In this document: positions 1 to 12,585 of the stretch, piece by piece
Layout: every line of letters begins with the position of its first letter
Position numbering within the stretch: position 1 is the first letter of the stretch
DNA from: the human T2T-CHM13v2.0 reference genome, Homo sapiens
Assembly: GCF_009914755.1 (NCBI RefSeq)
Contig: NC_060925.1
Length of the DNA stretch: 64,000 nt
Reading direction: 5' to 3' (one strand)
Position numbers and translations under genes: made by a program
The notes under the pieces: generated by a model
The model's input: only the letters and a program-made list of their open reading frames with translations
Databases searched by the model: none
What the model was told of the DNA's origin: nothing

Positions 1-1619
1 AAGAATCAATATTGTGAAAATGGCCATACTGCCCAAAGTAATGTATAGATTCAATGTTAAAACTCCCATTAAACTATGGTTGACATTCTTCACAGAATTA
101 CAACATATAATAAACTATTTTGAAATTCATATGGAACCAAAAAATGCCTGAACAGCCAAGAACATCCTATGCAAAAAGAACACAGCTCAAGGCATCACAC
201 TACCCAACTTCAAACTATACTACCAGGCTACAGTAATCAAAAAGCATGGTACTTGTACAAGAACAGGCACACAGACCAATGGAACAGAATAGAGAACTCA
301 GAAATAACACCACATACCTATAACCATCTGATCTTTGACAAACCTGACAAAAACAAGCGATGGGGAAAGGATTCCTTATTTAATAAATGGTGCTGGGAGA
401 ACTGGCTAGCCATATGCAGAAAATTGAAACTAGACCCGTTTCTTACACAACATACAAAAATTAACTCAAGATGGATTAAAAACTTAAATATAAACCCCCA
501 AACTATAAAAACCCTAGAAGAAAATCCAGGCAATACCATTCAGGACATAGGCATGGGCAAAGATTTCGTGATGAAGATGTCAAAAGCAATTGCAACAAAA
601 GCAAAAATTGACAAATGGGATCTAATTAAACCAAAGAGCTTCTGCACAGCAAAACAAACTATCAACAGAGTGAACAGACAACCTTACAGAATGGGAGAAA
701 ATTTTTGCAATCTATCCATCTGACAAAGGTCAATATACAGAGTCTATAAGGAACTTAAGCAAATTTATGAGAGAAAAACAAACAATCCTATTAAAAAGTG
801 GACAAAAGACATGAGCAGACACTTATCAAAAGAAGACATACATGCATCCAAGAAACATGAGAAAAAGCTCAACATCACTGATCATTAGAGAAATGCAAAT
901 CAAAACCTCAGTAAGATACCATCTCATGCCAGTCAGAAAGGCTGTTAATAAAAAGTCAAAAAACAACAGATGCCAGTGAGATTGTGGAGAAAAAGGAACA
1001 CGTTTACACTGTTAGTGGGAGTGTAAATTAGGTCAACCACTGTGGAAGGCAGTGTGGCGATTCTTCAAAGACCTAGAGGAAGAAATACCATTTGACCCAG
1101 CAATCCCATTACAGGGGTATATACCCAAAGGAATATAAATCATTCTGTTATAAAGATACGTGCACGTATATGTTCATTGCAGCACTATTCACAATAGCAA
1201 AGACATGGAATCAACCCAAATGCTCATCAATGATACACTAAATAAAGAAAATGTGGTACATATACACCATGGAATGCTATGCAGTCATAAAAAGGAATGA
1301 GATCATGTCCTTTGCAGGGACATGGATGGAGTTGGAAGCCATTATCCTCAGCAAACTAATGCAGGAACCAAAATCCAAACACTGCATGTTCTCACTTATA
1401 AGTGGGAGCTGAATAATGAGAACACATGGACACATGGGTGGGAACTACACACTCTGGGGCCTGTCGGGGAGAGTGGGGGGAGGGAGAGCACCAGGAAGAA
1501 TAACTAATGGATTCTGGGCTTAATACATAGGTGATGGGACATGGCACACGTTTACCTATGTAACAAACCTGCACATCCTGCGCATGTACCCCTGAGCTTA
1601 AAATAAAAGTTGAAGAAGA
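1..1619 (+). mobile_element. L1 (older L1PA-type) 3' portion: distal ORF2, 3'UTR and A-rich tail; continues beyond the left edge
   Basis: ORF 169..723 is L1 ORF2 C-terminal sequence ([29 protein letters not shown]). L1 3'UTR follows (catgttctcacttataagtgggagc ... gtaacaaacctgcacatcctg) and ends in cttaaaataaaagttgaagaa. Confidence 0.95.
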
Positions 1620-2860
1620 AACAAGCAAACCGCTAGTTGCAGAATTCTCAATATGGACTGGGCACTTCTGAGTGGGTAGTTTGGAATTTTCCTAAGTTGA
1701 ATCCTAAAATGACCTCTGATCGATCAACATAATTAATGAGCTCCTTGCTGTGTGCCCAGCACTGCCAGTAGCTGCTTTAAGGGCCATAGATGTAAAATCA
1801 CATTTCATGCTCTCATTGAGAAGGCAATCTAGCTGTGCTGACAATGCTGACTTCTGTGGAACAATAGTGGATATGACAAGCCAGAATATAACAAGATGTG
1901 GAGAAAGTGGTGTGCAAACTCTAAGACCTGCTGGACCAAAGAGCTGAATGAATGAGGAAAGGTGAGGCTGGGCTTTTCAAAGGCAAGATGTGAGAACTGT
2001 GTCCTAAGAAATGCATAGGATCTGGCTGGGGAAGCAGGAAATGGGGCATTTGGGGAGAGGAGATGGGGAGCAGCCTGTGGGGCAGCAGCAAAGCTGCCAA
2101 ACTTCTGTTTTTCATGTACTCCATGTAAGTGTAGTTATCACAGTTTAAAAATATCTGAAGGACAGTGTCAGCAGCAATGGATTTCCACTAGATAGTTGGG
2201 TTACAGGATTAGAGCATGCAGGCTTACGCAGAGCCTGTTCCAATAGGTGACCTTGTCTGGGACTCCACATCAGCAGGGCTCATCCTGTCCTCTGTCCTGC
2301 TGTGCTCCGCTGTGGGGCCTGTTGCAGGCTGAGAATTGAAGGGGAAGAATCAAGTGCCAGGAGAGGGAGCTGGGGGAAGCCAGAGGCTGGCTCACCTGCA
2401 GAAGGGTGGGACACCTCCTAGCTGGAAGCTTGTCAAGCTTGGAGCTAAAGCTTAGTGTTGGCCACCTCTTGCTGAGAGGGAAAGGGAGGAAGTGAGAAGG
2501 GGGCACTTGTGTTCTCCCTGGGGCCTGGGATTGCTAATCTCTTTTAGGGAAGCAATGATTTGGGCTTCAGTGATAGTCTGACTCCAAACTATGGAGTTCT
2601 AAGGAAGCCAAAAGAGAAAAAGATTATCCCTGATTGAGGAGGAAGGACTCATGCTGCTCACACTCAAATAGCAACGTGAAATACAGTTTTCTTTAAACCA
2701 CCCCTTAAGGAAATAACCACAAGGTTTAATATGACAGTTTTTGAGATAGTGAGAAAACTACAAACAAACTAAATGCTCAAGAATAGGGTCTTGATTAAAT
2801 GAGTTATAGGGAGTTCCTATCAGGAGGTACAAAGCAAATATCAAAAGCGAGGCTGTAGAG

Positions 2861-3048
2861 CAGAAATCAGCGAACTGCGGCTCATGGGCCAATCTGGTGA
2901 GCTGCCTGATTTTTTTATGGCCCTTGAGCTAGGAATGATTTGACGTTTTAAATGGTTATCTAAGAGCTTACATAATAGCCTCAATTTTGCTTTGTAGCCT
3001 GCAAAACTTAAAACACTATGTAGCCCTTTAAGAAAAAGTTTGCTCACT
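2861..3048. mobile_element. MER58-family hAT-Charlie non-autonomous DNA transposon (degraded)
   Basis: cagcgaactgcggctcatgggccaatctgg ... gagctaggaatgattt ... agccctttaagaaaaagtttgctcac resembles MER58 ends and interior. Confidence 0.6.
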
Positions 3049-3120
3049 ATTGCTATAAAAGGAAATTTAATGAGATGCAAAATTTTTATTATTAATTAGG
3101 TGAGAATATAGTGTTAATTT

Positions 3121-3660
3121 GTGTCTAAGTTATCTGTTGCTGTGTAACTACCCTGGAATCTGGCATTTTAAGACACCTACCATTTTGCTTGCTCATTATT
3201 ATGTGGGTCATGAATTTGGACAAAGCAGTGTAAGGATGTCTGGAGCCTTGGCCAGGATGATCTGAAGGATGAGGAGCTGGCTGGGATGGTTCTATGGGTA
3301 ACACATGTGTAGGGATTTAATTGTCTCCATCTGTGACTGTATTCTTCTCCATGTGGTCTCTCCATGTGGCTAGCTTGGGCTTCCCTACTGCATGGCAGGC
3401 TGAGGGTAGATGGATTTCTTACATGGCAACTGGTTTCCCCAGTGCAAAAGCAGAAGCTGCCAGCCTCTTAAAGGCCAGGCATAGCTTCATTCTGCTGCAT
3501 TTCACTGAATGTCCTAAAGAATTTCAAAGGTCACAAGGTCAGCCCAGATTCAAAAGAGGTGGAGAGATAAGCCTCCTCCTTTTTATGGGAGGAGCAACAT
3601 ATGTGCACAGAAGGCTGTGGGTGGAGCAATGTGGAGCTGTCTTTAGAGACCACCACTGTG
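3121..3660 (-). mobile_element. MLT1-family MaLR solo LTR (old, H/I/J-like)
   Basis: tgtctaagttatctgttgctgtgtaac ... gggcttccctactgcatggcaggctgagggtag ... ggtcagcccagattcaa are typical MLT1 motifs. Confidence 0.7.
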
Positions 3661-3897
3661 GATAGTAAATATACACAGAAATGTACCTACATTCCACAAT
3701 TTTAAGGGGATACAAAAATATAAAGGAATGGCCCTACCTATTCTATAAATTTGTGGTAGACATCTGTCATATTTACGCTTACCCGTCATCTTTGAATAAC
3801 ATTTTTAGATTTGAGTAAGTGAACCAATGTCTCACCTCCTTGCAGCTAGGATGCAAACATGTGAATATAATATTTTCAACAAAACAGAACAAAAAAA

Positions 3898-4110
3898 GTG
3901 TTAAGAAATCTTGAGCTTTGGAGCCAGACCATCTTAATTCAAATTTCAACTTTGCCACTGATTGTTCATGTGATCTCAGACTAGTTACATAATTTTATGT
4001 GCCTCAGTTCCTTCAGCTATAAAAAGGGATATTCATAGTACCAACCTTTTAGGGTTGTTTTGAGGCTTAAATGAGTTAATGTTTCAAAGAGCTTAGGATA
4101 GGCCTAGGCT
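3898..4110 (+). mobile_element. MIR SINE
   Basis: ctttggagccagacc ... tgtgatctcagactagttac ... tgtgcctcagttcc ... gttttgaggcttaaatgagttaatg is the MIR core. Confidence 0.75.
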
Positions 4111-6278
4111 CTGCCAATCAGACATAAACATGAAACTTTAATTCAAATATGAGACAGCAACTGACTCTGGATCTGTAAAGACATCCAACTTTTACCCTAG
4201 TCACAAGATCAAAATGGAATTGGTACTGGTGGGAGGAGTGGCTACAGAATAGTCTAGTTCCAGGGATTTATATGTTGTTTCCCCATTGAATTAGTTCTGT
4301 GTGATTTTGGGCATTATTCCTGAAAGCTTCAGTTCTAATCTGTTTTTCCAGCTAGTTCAATAATTCTGAGGGCAAATGTGTCTTTTAAAAACCTCCCCAC
4401 CATCATTTTCCCTCTAAACTATATAGAGTGGATACAGTGGATTCTGTTGTTCCCAATTAAGAAGTGTGGCTGATATAAATGTGGTATGGTTTCAGGGATG
4501 CAAAGAAAGGCCTTTTGGACAATTTTTTATGTCTGGAATTGTAGCATCTGGGAATTTTCTCTAATGCTTTTATGTTGATATGCAAACCCTGGAAGGAAGG
4601 TGTCATATACAGAGTTTTTAATTATTTTTGTGTAAAGTGCTTTATTTGGAGCTGGAGTGGGGGCACACTAATTTGGATTCCTGTCTAAGCAGCTTGAGTC
4701 TGGAATGAGAAGTGAGATCTGTTCTGATTAATTTTTCTCCTTCCTTGTTCTCCAGAGTTGGGCAACATTACATTGTTTTGTCATCTCACATTTCCAAGGT
4801 TGCCTGATAATAACCAGAACTTGTTTTTGCCTTAAAATGTTTCACATTCTTTCCCCTGGGTGACACATAAGATTTACATAATTTCCATATTTGTCTGATT
4901 CACTTAGGCTAAATCATTCAGTAGATCCAAGAAATACCTTTGATGTCATGATTTGGAGCATACCCACATCCATCTGAAAAATGTTCAGTGGTCATTGGCA
5001 GGTACTGTCAAAAGATGCCAAGAACCTCGTGGAAGAAAATGTAAACATTTCTATACTAGAAGTGAAGCATGAGCGGCAGCTGAGTTCACTTGAATATGTG
5101 TGTAATAGTTGTCATGAGACGAGGGGTTGAAACTTAAAGAGGATTGTAAAAAATTTAAATGGAAGAGAAAATTTCTGGGTGGGTGGGGAGGGATTGCATA
5201 AATTGAGTGCACACCTTTAACCTATTGCAGGGACACCTTGCCAATACTCATAATGCTGCAAGAATCATGATATCAATGTTATTTCTTAAGATTCCATGAG
5301 GCAAACTACTATCATCTCTATATTACTCCATGGACACTCAGAATGGGTTATGGTGCCAGTCATTATGACCACTTTCAGGCAGATGAGTCCATCAGGCCTT
5401 CTTAGAGTGTTTGCTCTCTGCAAGATGGTGTTACCCCTGTGGATGGGGACAGAGAGACACATGGGCTAGGTAGACATGGTGAGGCACTCAGGCAACCCAG
5501 CATATCAGAGAATGGTGTTGGCTAAAGTATGGATGGGGGCAATAGAAATGGGTTGAGGGAGGGCAAAACAAAACACCACAGGTGATGAGAAGGGCCACTA
5601 AAAATAACATAAGAGCTTGTTGGAAACAGATTTCACACATGTATGTTACATTTTACTAAGAGGACACCTCTGCTTAAATGTTACAGAGGTCTGTGGCTTT
5701 TCTGTTTTTTTTGTTTGTTTGTTTGAATAGAGTATTTCTATGAAACTCTGCTTAAAAATGAGAAGCGCTGGGACCTAGAAATCAGAAGATTACACCTGGG
5801 TTCTTAGATTCATTTTTATGATCGGTGTGTCTTCAAGCCTGTTGGTTTACTTGGTTATGTCAAAAAGGTAACATCTGTAAAATGAGAAAGTAACATTCAT
5901 GTTACTGTTGGTGGATATTTGATTATGAATTATAGACGAGATGATATTAGATAATTATTAATTTTTTAGGTATAATAAGGGAAAATGACATGTTGCTTGC
6001 AATTTACTAAGATACTTCAGTTTTTAAAAAAGACAGATGAATAGTGATTTGTTCATATTGTAAGTTTCAGGAGATGAATAACACCATTCTATCTACTTTT
6101 CTATCGGTTGGAAATTTTTCTTAATTAAAAGTTAGAAAAGAATACTCATCTTACTTATCTCACAGGATTGTTGTAAGTACCAAACAAGAAAATGGATGGA
6201 AAATGTTGTATAAACGGAAAAGCACTAAACAAATATGAGTAGTAGTTTTTTAAATTGTTCTTAAGAATAATACAAAAG

Positions 6279-8518
6279 ATTACTGAGGCTTGAGTAGGCG
6301 GTTTTCCCCTCCCAGTGTTAAGGAAGCTGCCAGGAAGTTTGTACTGGGTGGAACTCACCGCAGTGCAGCAAAGCTATGGCCAGACTGCTTCTCTAGATTC
6401 CTCCTCACTGGGCAGGGCATCTCTGAAAGAAAGGCAGCAGCCCCAGTCAGGGCCTTGTAGATAAAACTCCCATCTCCCTGGGACAGTGTACCTGGGTTGG
6501 TGGGGTGGGGGTGGTGGGGGGCGGCGTGGGGGGGAGCTGTGGGCACAGCTTCAGCAGACTTGAAAGTTCCTGTCTGCTGGCTCTGAAGAGAGCAGTGGAT
6601 CTCCCAGCACAGCATTCAAGCTCTGCTAAGGGACAGACTGCCTCCTAAAGTGGATCTCTGATCCCCATGCCTCCTGATTGGGAGATACCTCGTACAGGAG
6701 AGCTCTGGCTGGCATCAGGCGGGTGCCCCTTTGGGATGAAGCTTCCAGAGGAAGGAGCAGGCAGCAATCTTTGCTGCTCTGCAGCCTCTGCCGGTGATAC
6801 CCAGGCAAACAGGGTCTGGAGTGGACCTCCAGCAAACTCCAGCAGACCTGAAGAAGAAGGGCCTGACTGTTAGAAGAAAAACTAAGAAACAAAAGCAATA
6901 ACACCAACATCAACAAAAATGATGCCCACACAAAAACCCTATCTTTTCTTCACAGAATTAGAAAAAAACTACTTTAAATTTCATATGGAACCAAAAAGAG
7001 AGCCCTTATAGCCAAGACAATCCTTATCCAAAAAAAATAAATAAATAAAAAAGAAAGCTGGAGTCATCAAGCTACCTGATTTCAAACTATACTACAAGGC
7101 AAGAGTAACCAAAACAGCATGATACTGGTACCAAAACAGAGATATAGACCAATGGAACAGAACTGTGGCCTCAGAAATAAAACCACACATCTACAACCAT
7201 CTGATCTTCGACAAACCTGACAAAAACAATCAATGGGGAAAGGATTCCCTGTTTAATAAATGGTACTGGGAAAACTGGCTAGCCACATGCAGAAAGCAGA
7301 AATTGGACCCCTTCCTTACACCTTATACAAAAATTAACTCACGATAGGTTAAAGACTTAAATGTAAAACGCCATAAAAACCCTAGAAGGAAACCTATGCC
7401 ATACCATTCAGGACATAGGCGTGGGCAAAGACTTCATGACTAAAAGGCCAAAAGCAATTACAGCAAAAGCCAAAATTGACAAATGGGATCTAATTCAACC
7501 ATAGAGCTTTTGCACAGCAAAACAAACTGTCATTAGAGTGAACAGGCAACCTGCAGAATGGGAGAAAATTTTTGCAATCTATCCATCTGACAAAGGGCTA
7601 AGATCCAGGATCTGCAAGGAACTTAAACAAATTTACAAGAAAAAAACAACCCTATCCAAAAGTGGGCAAAGATATGAACAGACACTTCTCAAAAAAAGAC
7701 ATTTATGTGGCCAAAAAACATATGAAGAAAAGCTCATCATCACTGGTCATTAGAGAAATGCAAATCAAAACCACAGTGAGATATCATCTCAAGCCAGTTA
7801 GAATGGGGATCATTAAAAAGTCAGGAAACAACAGATGCTGGAGAGGATGTGGATAAATAAGAACACTTTTACACAGTTGGTGGGAGTGTAAATTAGCTTA
7901 ACCATTGTGGAAGACAGTGTGGCAATTCCTCAACGGTCTAGAACCAGAAATTCCATTTGACCCAGCAATCCCATTACTGGGTTTATACCCAAAAGACTAT
8001 AAATTATTCTACTATAAAGGCACATGCACATGTGTGTGTATTGCAGCACTATTTACAATAGTAAAGACTTGGAACCAACCCAAATGCCCATCAATGATAG
8101 ACAGGATAAGGAAAATGTGGCACATATACACCATGGAATAGTATGCAGCCATAAAAAAGAATGAGTTCATGTCCTTTGCAGGGACATGGATGAAGCTGGA
8201 AACCATCATTCTCAGCAAACTAACACAGGAACAGAAAACCAAACACCACATATTCTCACTCGTAAGTGGGAGTTGAACAATGAGAACACATGAACACAGG
8301 GTGGGGAACATCACACACCAGGGCCTGTTAGGGGGTGGGGAGCTAGGGGAGGGAGAACATTAGGAGAAATACCTAATGCATGCGGGGCTTAAAACCTAGA
8401 TGATGGGTTGATAGATGCAGCAAACCACCATGGCACGTGTATACCTATGTAACAAAGCTGCACATTCTGCACATGTATTCCAGAACTTAAAGTGTAGTAA
8501 AAGAAGAAAAAAAAAAAA
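6279..8518 (+). mobile_element. L1PA (approx. PA7-PA8-like) with partial 5'UTR fused to distal ORF2, then 3'UTR and poly(A); TSD-flanked
   Basis: 6279-~6944 is L1 5'UTR (actgaggcttgagtagg ... cagcaaactccagcagacctg). From ~6945 (tttcttcacagaattagaaaaaaactac) it is ORF2 3' part (ORFs 7165..7347, 7662..7856, 7905..8141). Poly(A) at ~8507-8518. AAGAATAATAC occurs at 6263-6273 and 8517-8527. Confidence 0.92.
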
Positions 8519-10074
8519 GAATAATACTAAGATTATCCCACTTTGCTCTTATCTAGGTGGATACTCTCAGTTTCTCTTCTTCTACTTTTAATACCTGGGT
8601 AATAAGAACAAAGAGGACCTATTCCAGACAGTTCAAGGGGAGGTTTTCTCCTAATGGTTTCTTACATTGTGCAGAATGGAGGCAACAAAGTCTACAGAGA
8701 ATACTGGGGAAAACAGAGCGCTGGACTTCAGTCCTCTCTGTATATAGGGAATGGTCTCTAGATGCTCATGGTTTCAACGAATTTTAGTATACCACAGTAC
8801 TCATTTCTACTCTCTAGCTCCCTGACTTCCAGAGAGAGCTACATGCTTGATTTCTAATAATGCTTTCAGTATAAGAGAGAAGAAAATAATGCAGGGTTAA
8901 TTGCTGAGGTATTCTGGGATCACCTTTCAGTCATATATCTGGCATTTGCCCTAGAACCTTAAATCCTTGTGGAGAGAGAGTTTTTGGATAAACTGTACTA
9001 GCACAATGTCTATAGAAACATTTGTTCTCTTCTTGCATCTTCCTAAACTCTAAGGGTTATTCCTAAGAGTGGAATATAGCTACATTTTCTCCCTCATATT
9101 TTAATGAAAATATATTAATGATTAACCTGCTATACTTTGCTATTTTATTCACTTTTTATGTACAGTAGATTCAGGTTTTCCTAAGGGGTTGGAAGCACTC
9201 TGCTTGGTAAGAAAATATACTTTATATTTAGCTGTTTGCATATTAATGCTGCTGTACCAGCTCTTGTAGGGCTAATGCATTGGTGACACCAAATATTAAA
9301 TTGCTTGTTCTCTTGTAGTTTGAATACAATGATGAATTGGAGAGCACAGATGTCCAGGCTGGCTGGAAGCCAGACCTCTCTTTCCTTCCAAACCACTAAC
9401 ACAGTGGAACCTTGGGTAACCTCGAAAAAGTCACTTTCCTTCTGCTACTTTCTCTACCTTTGTGAAATTAGGGCAATGATGTGTTCAACCCATTTCTTTC
9501 CTTAGGGGATATGAGTAAGGAAGAGGATGTTCATCAAGTACCCTGGCTACTTTAGAGGAGATGTTCTATTGAAGGCAGTAATAGGAAATCTTATAAATCA
9601 TGAGACCTCTTGGGGGTGTGTTGCCTGGATACAAAATATTCATACTATTATTTTCTCTTTTGCAAATTATATCTATTGCACAATTGGGATTAAATTGGAT
9701 GGGCATTTTTTTCATCCTCAGAAGTTATGTTGTTGTTTTGTTTTAAGAACCAAAAAGAATCCTCACTAAGTGATATAACGATAAGATTGACAAAATATAT
9801 GAAATTCTTCTAGTGGCTTGGAGAGAAATATTTTACTAAAAAAAAAGCCCAGAGAAGCTATTCAGTTGATCATTCCTAGTAGAAAATCACTGTAAATAAT
9901 TAAACATCAGGCACCCTTCTCAATGATTTCCACAGCCCTCTTATTAGGATAGAAACCTAAAATCATTATGAGAAAACCTCCAGACCCTTGTCACCAAAAT
10001 GGAGTTCATTTCACAGCAAAAACTGACGTCTTAACATGAAAGAAAGCATAACCCTTGGTAACCTAGAATACTTC

Positions 10075-10386
10075 TTTTTTTTTTTTTTTTTTTTTTTGAG
10101 ATGGAGTCTTGCTCTGTCGCCCAGGCTGGAGTGCAGTGGCGCGATCTCGGCTCCCTACAAGCTCTGCCTCCCGCGTTCACGCCATTCTCCTGCCTCAGCC
10201 TCCTCAGTAGCTGGGACTACAGGTGCCCGCCACCACTCCCGGCTAATTTTTTTTTTTTTTGTATTTTTAGTAGAGACGAGGTTTCACCGTGTTAGCCAGG
10301 ATGGTGTCGATCTCCTGACCTCGTGATCCGCCCGCCTCAGCCTCCCAAAGTGCTGGGATTACAGGCGTGAGCCACCACACCCAGCC
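10075..10386 (-). mobile_element. AluY
   Basis: Poly(T) followed by a full dimer with Y-type features (caagctctgcctcc, ttcacgccattctcc, gttagccaggatgg). 13-bp TSD CTAGAATACTTCT at 10063-10075 and 10388-10400. Confidence 0.95.
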
Positions 10387-10720
10387 TCTAGAATACTTCT
10401 ATGTTTGGTTTCTGAGAAGAAGGGGCAAAAGAACAAATTGATATCCCATATTTATTTTGAGGAGACATTTCTAGGGCAAGTTCTTTAACTGTGGAAGACT
10501 AATTCTTCTTATTATTAGTCCTCCTCAATAGTCTTCAAAAGTCCTCTTGTAATTCTGTAGGATGAAGCTATTTGGCATGATAGTCCTGAACCACTACGAA
10601 GTCACAGAATCAAGAAGATTAGGGCTTCAAGGAACCTTAGAGACTACTAGACAAACCACTCTCCTTCACAGAAGAGGAAACCAGGGCCCACAGGAGGCCC
10701 TCATTGAAATGTATTTGATA

Positions 10721-11010
10721 GGCTGGGTGCAGTGGCTCACACCTGTAATCCAAGGACTTTGGAGGCTGAGGCAGGAGGATCACTTGAGGCCAAGAGTTCG
10801 AGACTAGCCTGGGCAACATAATGAGACCTTATATCTACAAAAAATTATCAAATTGGCTGGGTGTGGTAGCACACACCTGTAGTACTAGCTACTTGGGAGG
10901 CTGAGGTGGGAAGATCATTCGAGCCCAGGAGTTTGAGGCTGCAGTGGGCTAGAATTGTGCCTTGAACTTCAGCCTGGGGTCTAGGTGACAGAGCAAGAAC
11001 CTGTCTCTAA
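10721..11010 (+). mobile_element. AluJ
   Basis: Starts ggctgggtgcagtggctcac; J-type gaggatcacttgaggccaagag and gagcccaggagtttgaggctgcagtg; tail decayed to (TA)n. Confidence 0.9.
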
Positions 11011-12099
11011 TATATATATATGTTGTCATGTGCAAAGTGTTTATTCATTAGTTCAACAAATATTCATAACACACCTGCTGTGTGTCAAGCAAACATTTAT
11101 TGATTACCTCCTCTTTGACAGGTTCTTCAAAATACAATGGCGATGGATAATAATCCTCAAACAGAATAGGGTTTAATAGGAGAGGCCTCCTGCAAGCATA
11201 TAATTACAGTGCAATAAAACATGTATGAAGGCAATGGGACGTAGAGAAATCCACTATTTCAAGAAATACCATAGAATAGCATTTCTTACAGTTTACCCTA
11301 CAAACTACAATAATCTATAATATGAGGGGTATTGAGGAAACAATATTCTTGGCTATATAAGGTCAGGAAATGTTGAATACTTTTTTTGCTGGAGATGCAC
11401 AGTGCCCATTAATGTATTAGAGAAGCATGTTAAAGAAGTTCTGCAATTTAAACATGCTTCTCAAATTTATTTGAGCATGGAAAATATCCCTCAACTCAAC
11501 ATTCTTTCCTGTCCCTCTTTCTCCTTTTCTTTCTCTTTCTGGTCCTCATCCTCTTTCTATTCTGGCAGAACATTTGTCTATATCTCTGCTCATGTTACAT
11601 AGCAGAGAAGTTTTAAAAAGTGTTTTGGCCATCTCTCAGTTCATCAGAGAGCTCCATTAGCTAAGAGGTCATACTCTCAAAAGATTCAGCTAATGGAAGT
11701 TTACTGTAGTTCCAAGACATTGCTGGAATAAATGTCCCAATAGTAATAAATTAACATCCCCTCATCACATATGTAGAATGTTGAAGCAATAATGAATATA
11801 ATTTGGGAAATTTGATTATTAACCAGAAGTGAAATAATTTGAAATGGAATATAACAAACAATTGCTTCTTGCTCTGCTACAATTAATCTAATATGCCTGA
11901 GATGAGAGATAATTCAGAAGGTATAAGATTTCAGAGCAAACACCTATTTGAAGAAATGCTATTAGCCACCAATAAATGCAGACTGGACCACATGTGTTAA
12001 AATACATCGGTTCTCTATTGCCAAACCTTTCTGACTGAAAGCAAACGTTTTTACAGTCATCTATTATACAAAGCCCTGAGTTATCTCCCCACACCTCCC

Positions 12100-12585
12100 C
12101 TCCCCACTCCCGCCGACCCTCGTGGTACTTCTCTGATTTTATGTTACTCTGTTCCCCACCTCACCCTGGAGTAGATTCCTCAAGCACAAGGTTATACACC
12201 CACCTCAAAGCTTTTTATCTGACTTTTTACTGTACCTGGAATCTTTACTGTACCTGGAAATCTTTTCTCCAGATATCTCCGTGGCTATACCCTGACCTTC
12301 TTCAAGTTTTTGCTCAAATATCACCTTTTCAGTGTCCACTCTATTTAATATCACGACTTCCCTCGACACCCAACGCTCCCCGCACTGCCCACATCCCTTT
12401 TCAACTTAGAACATAATGCACAATTTTCTTATAGGTTTATTTCCTATTATCTGTTTCTCCCTACTAGAATATAAGCTCTGGGAGGGTAAGAGTTTGTGTT
12501 TTCATTTACTATATATCCCTTATGCCAAGAACAGTGCCCTGATCATGGCATGTGCTCAATTAATAACTGTTGAATGAAGGAAGGA
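12100..12585 (+). mobile_element. L2 LINE 3' fragment
   Basis: Ends ccctactagaatataagctc ... agaacagtgccctg ... tgctcaataataactgttgaatgaagg, the L2 3' terminus. Left boundary approximate. Confidence 0.7.

Noticed and set aside
6930-6960. L1 junction as a spliced retrocopy
   Set aside because: The pyrimidine tract and AG (ttttcttcacag) are retained downstream of the junction, whereas splicing at that acceptor would remove them.
10036-10326. Alu-derived ORFs (also 16318..16608, 47427..47686, 50276..50467)
   Set aside because: Standard antisense-Alu translations ([16 protein letters not shown]) with no evidence of exonisation.
12224-12262. Short tandem duplications (also ~19797-19824 and ~50994-51020)
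   Set aside because: Isolated 15-18 bp slippage duplications are common and have no evident function.
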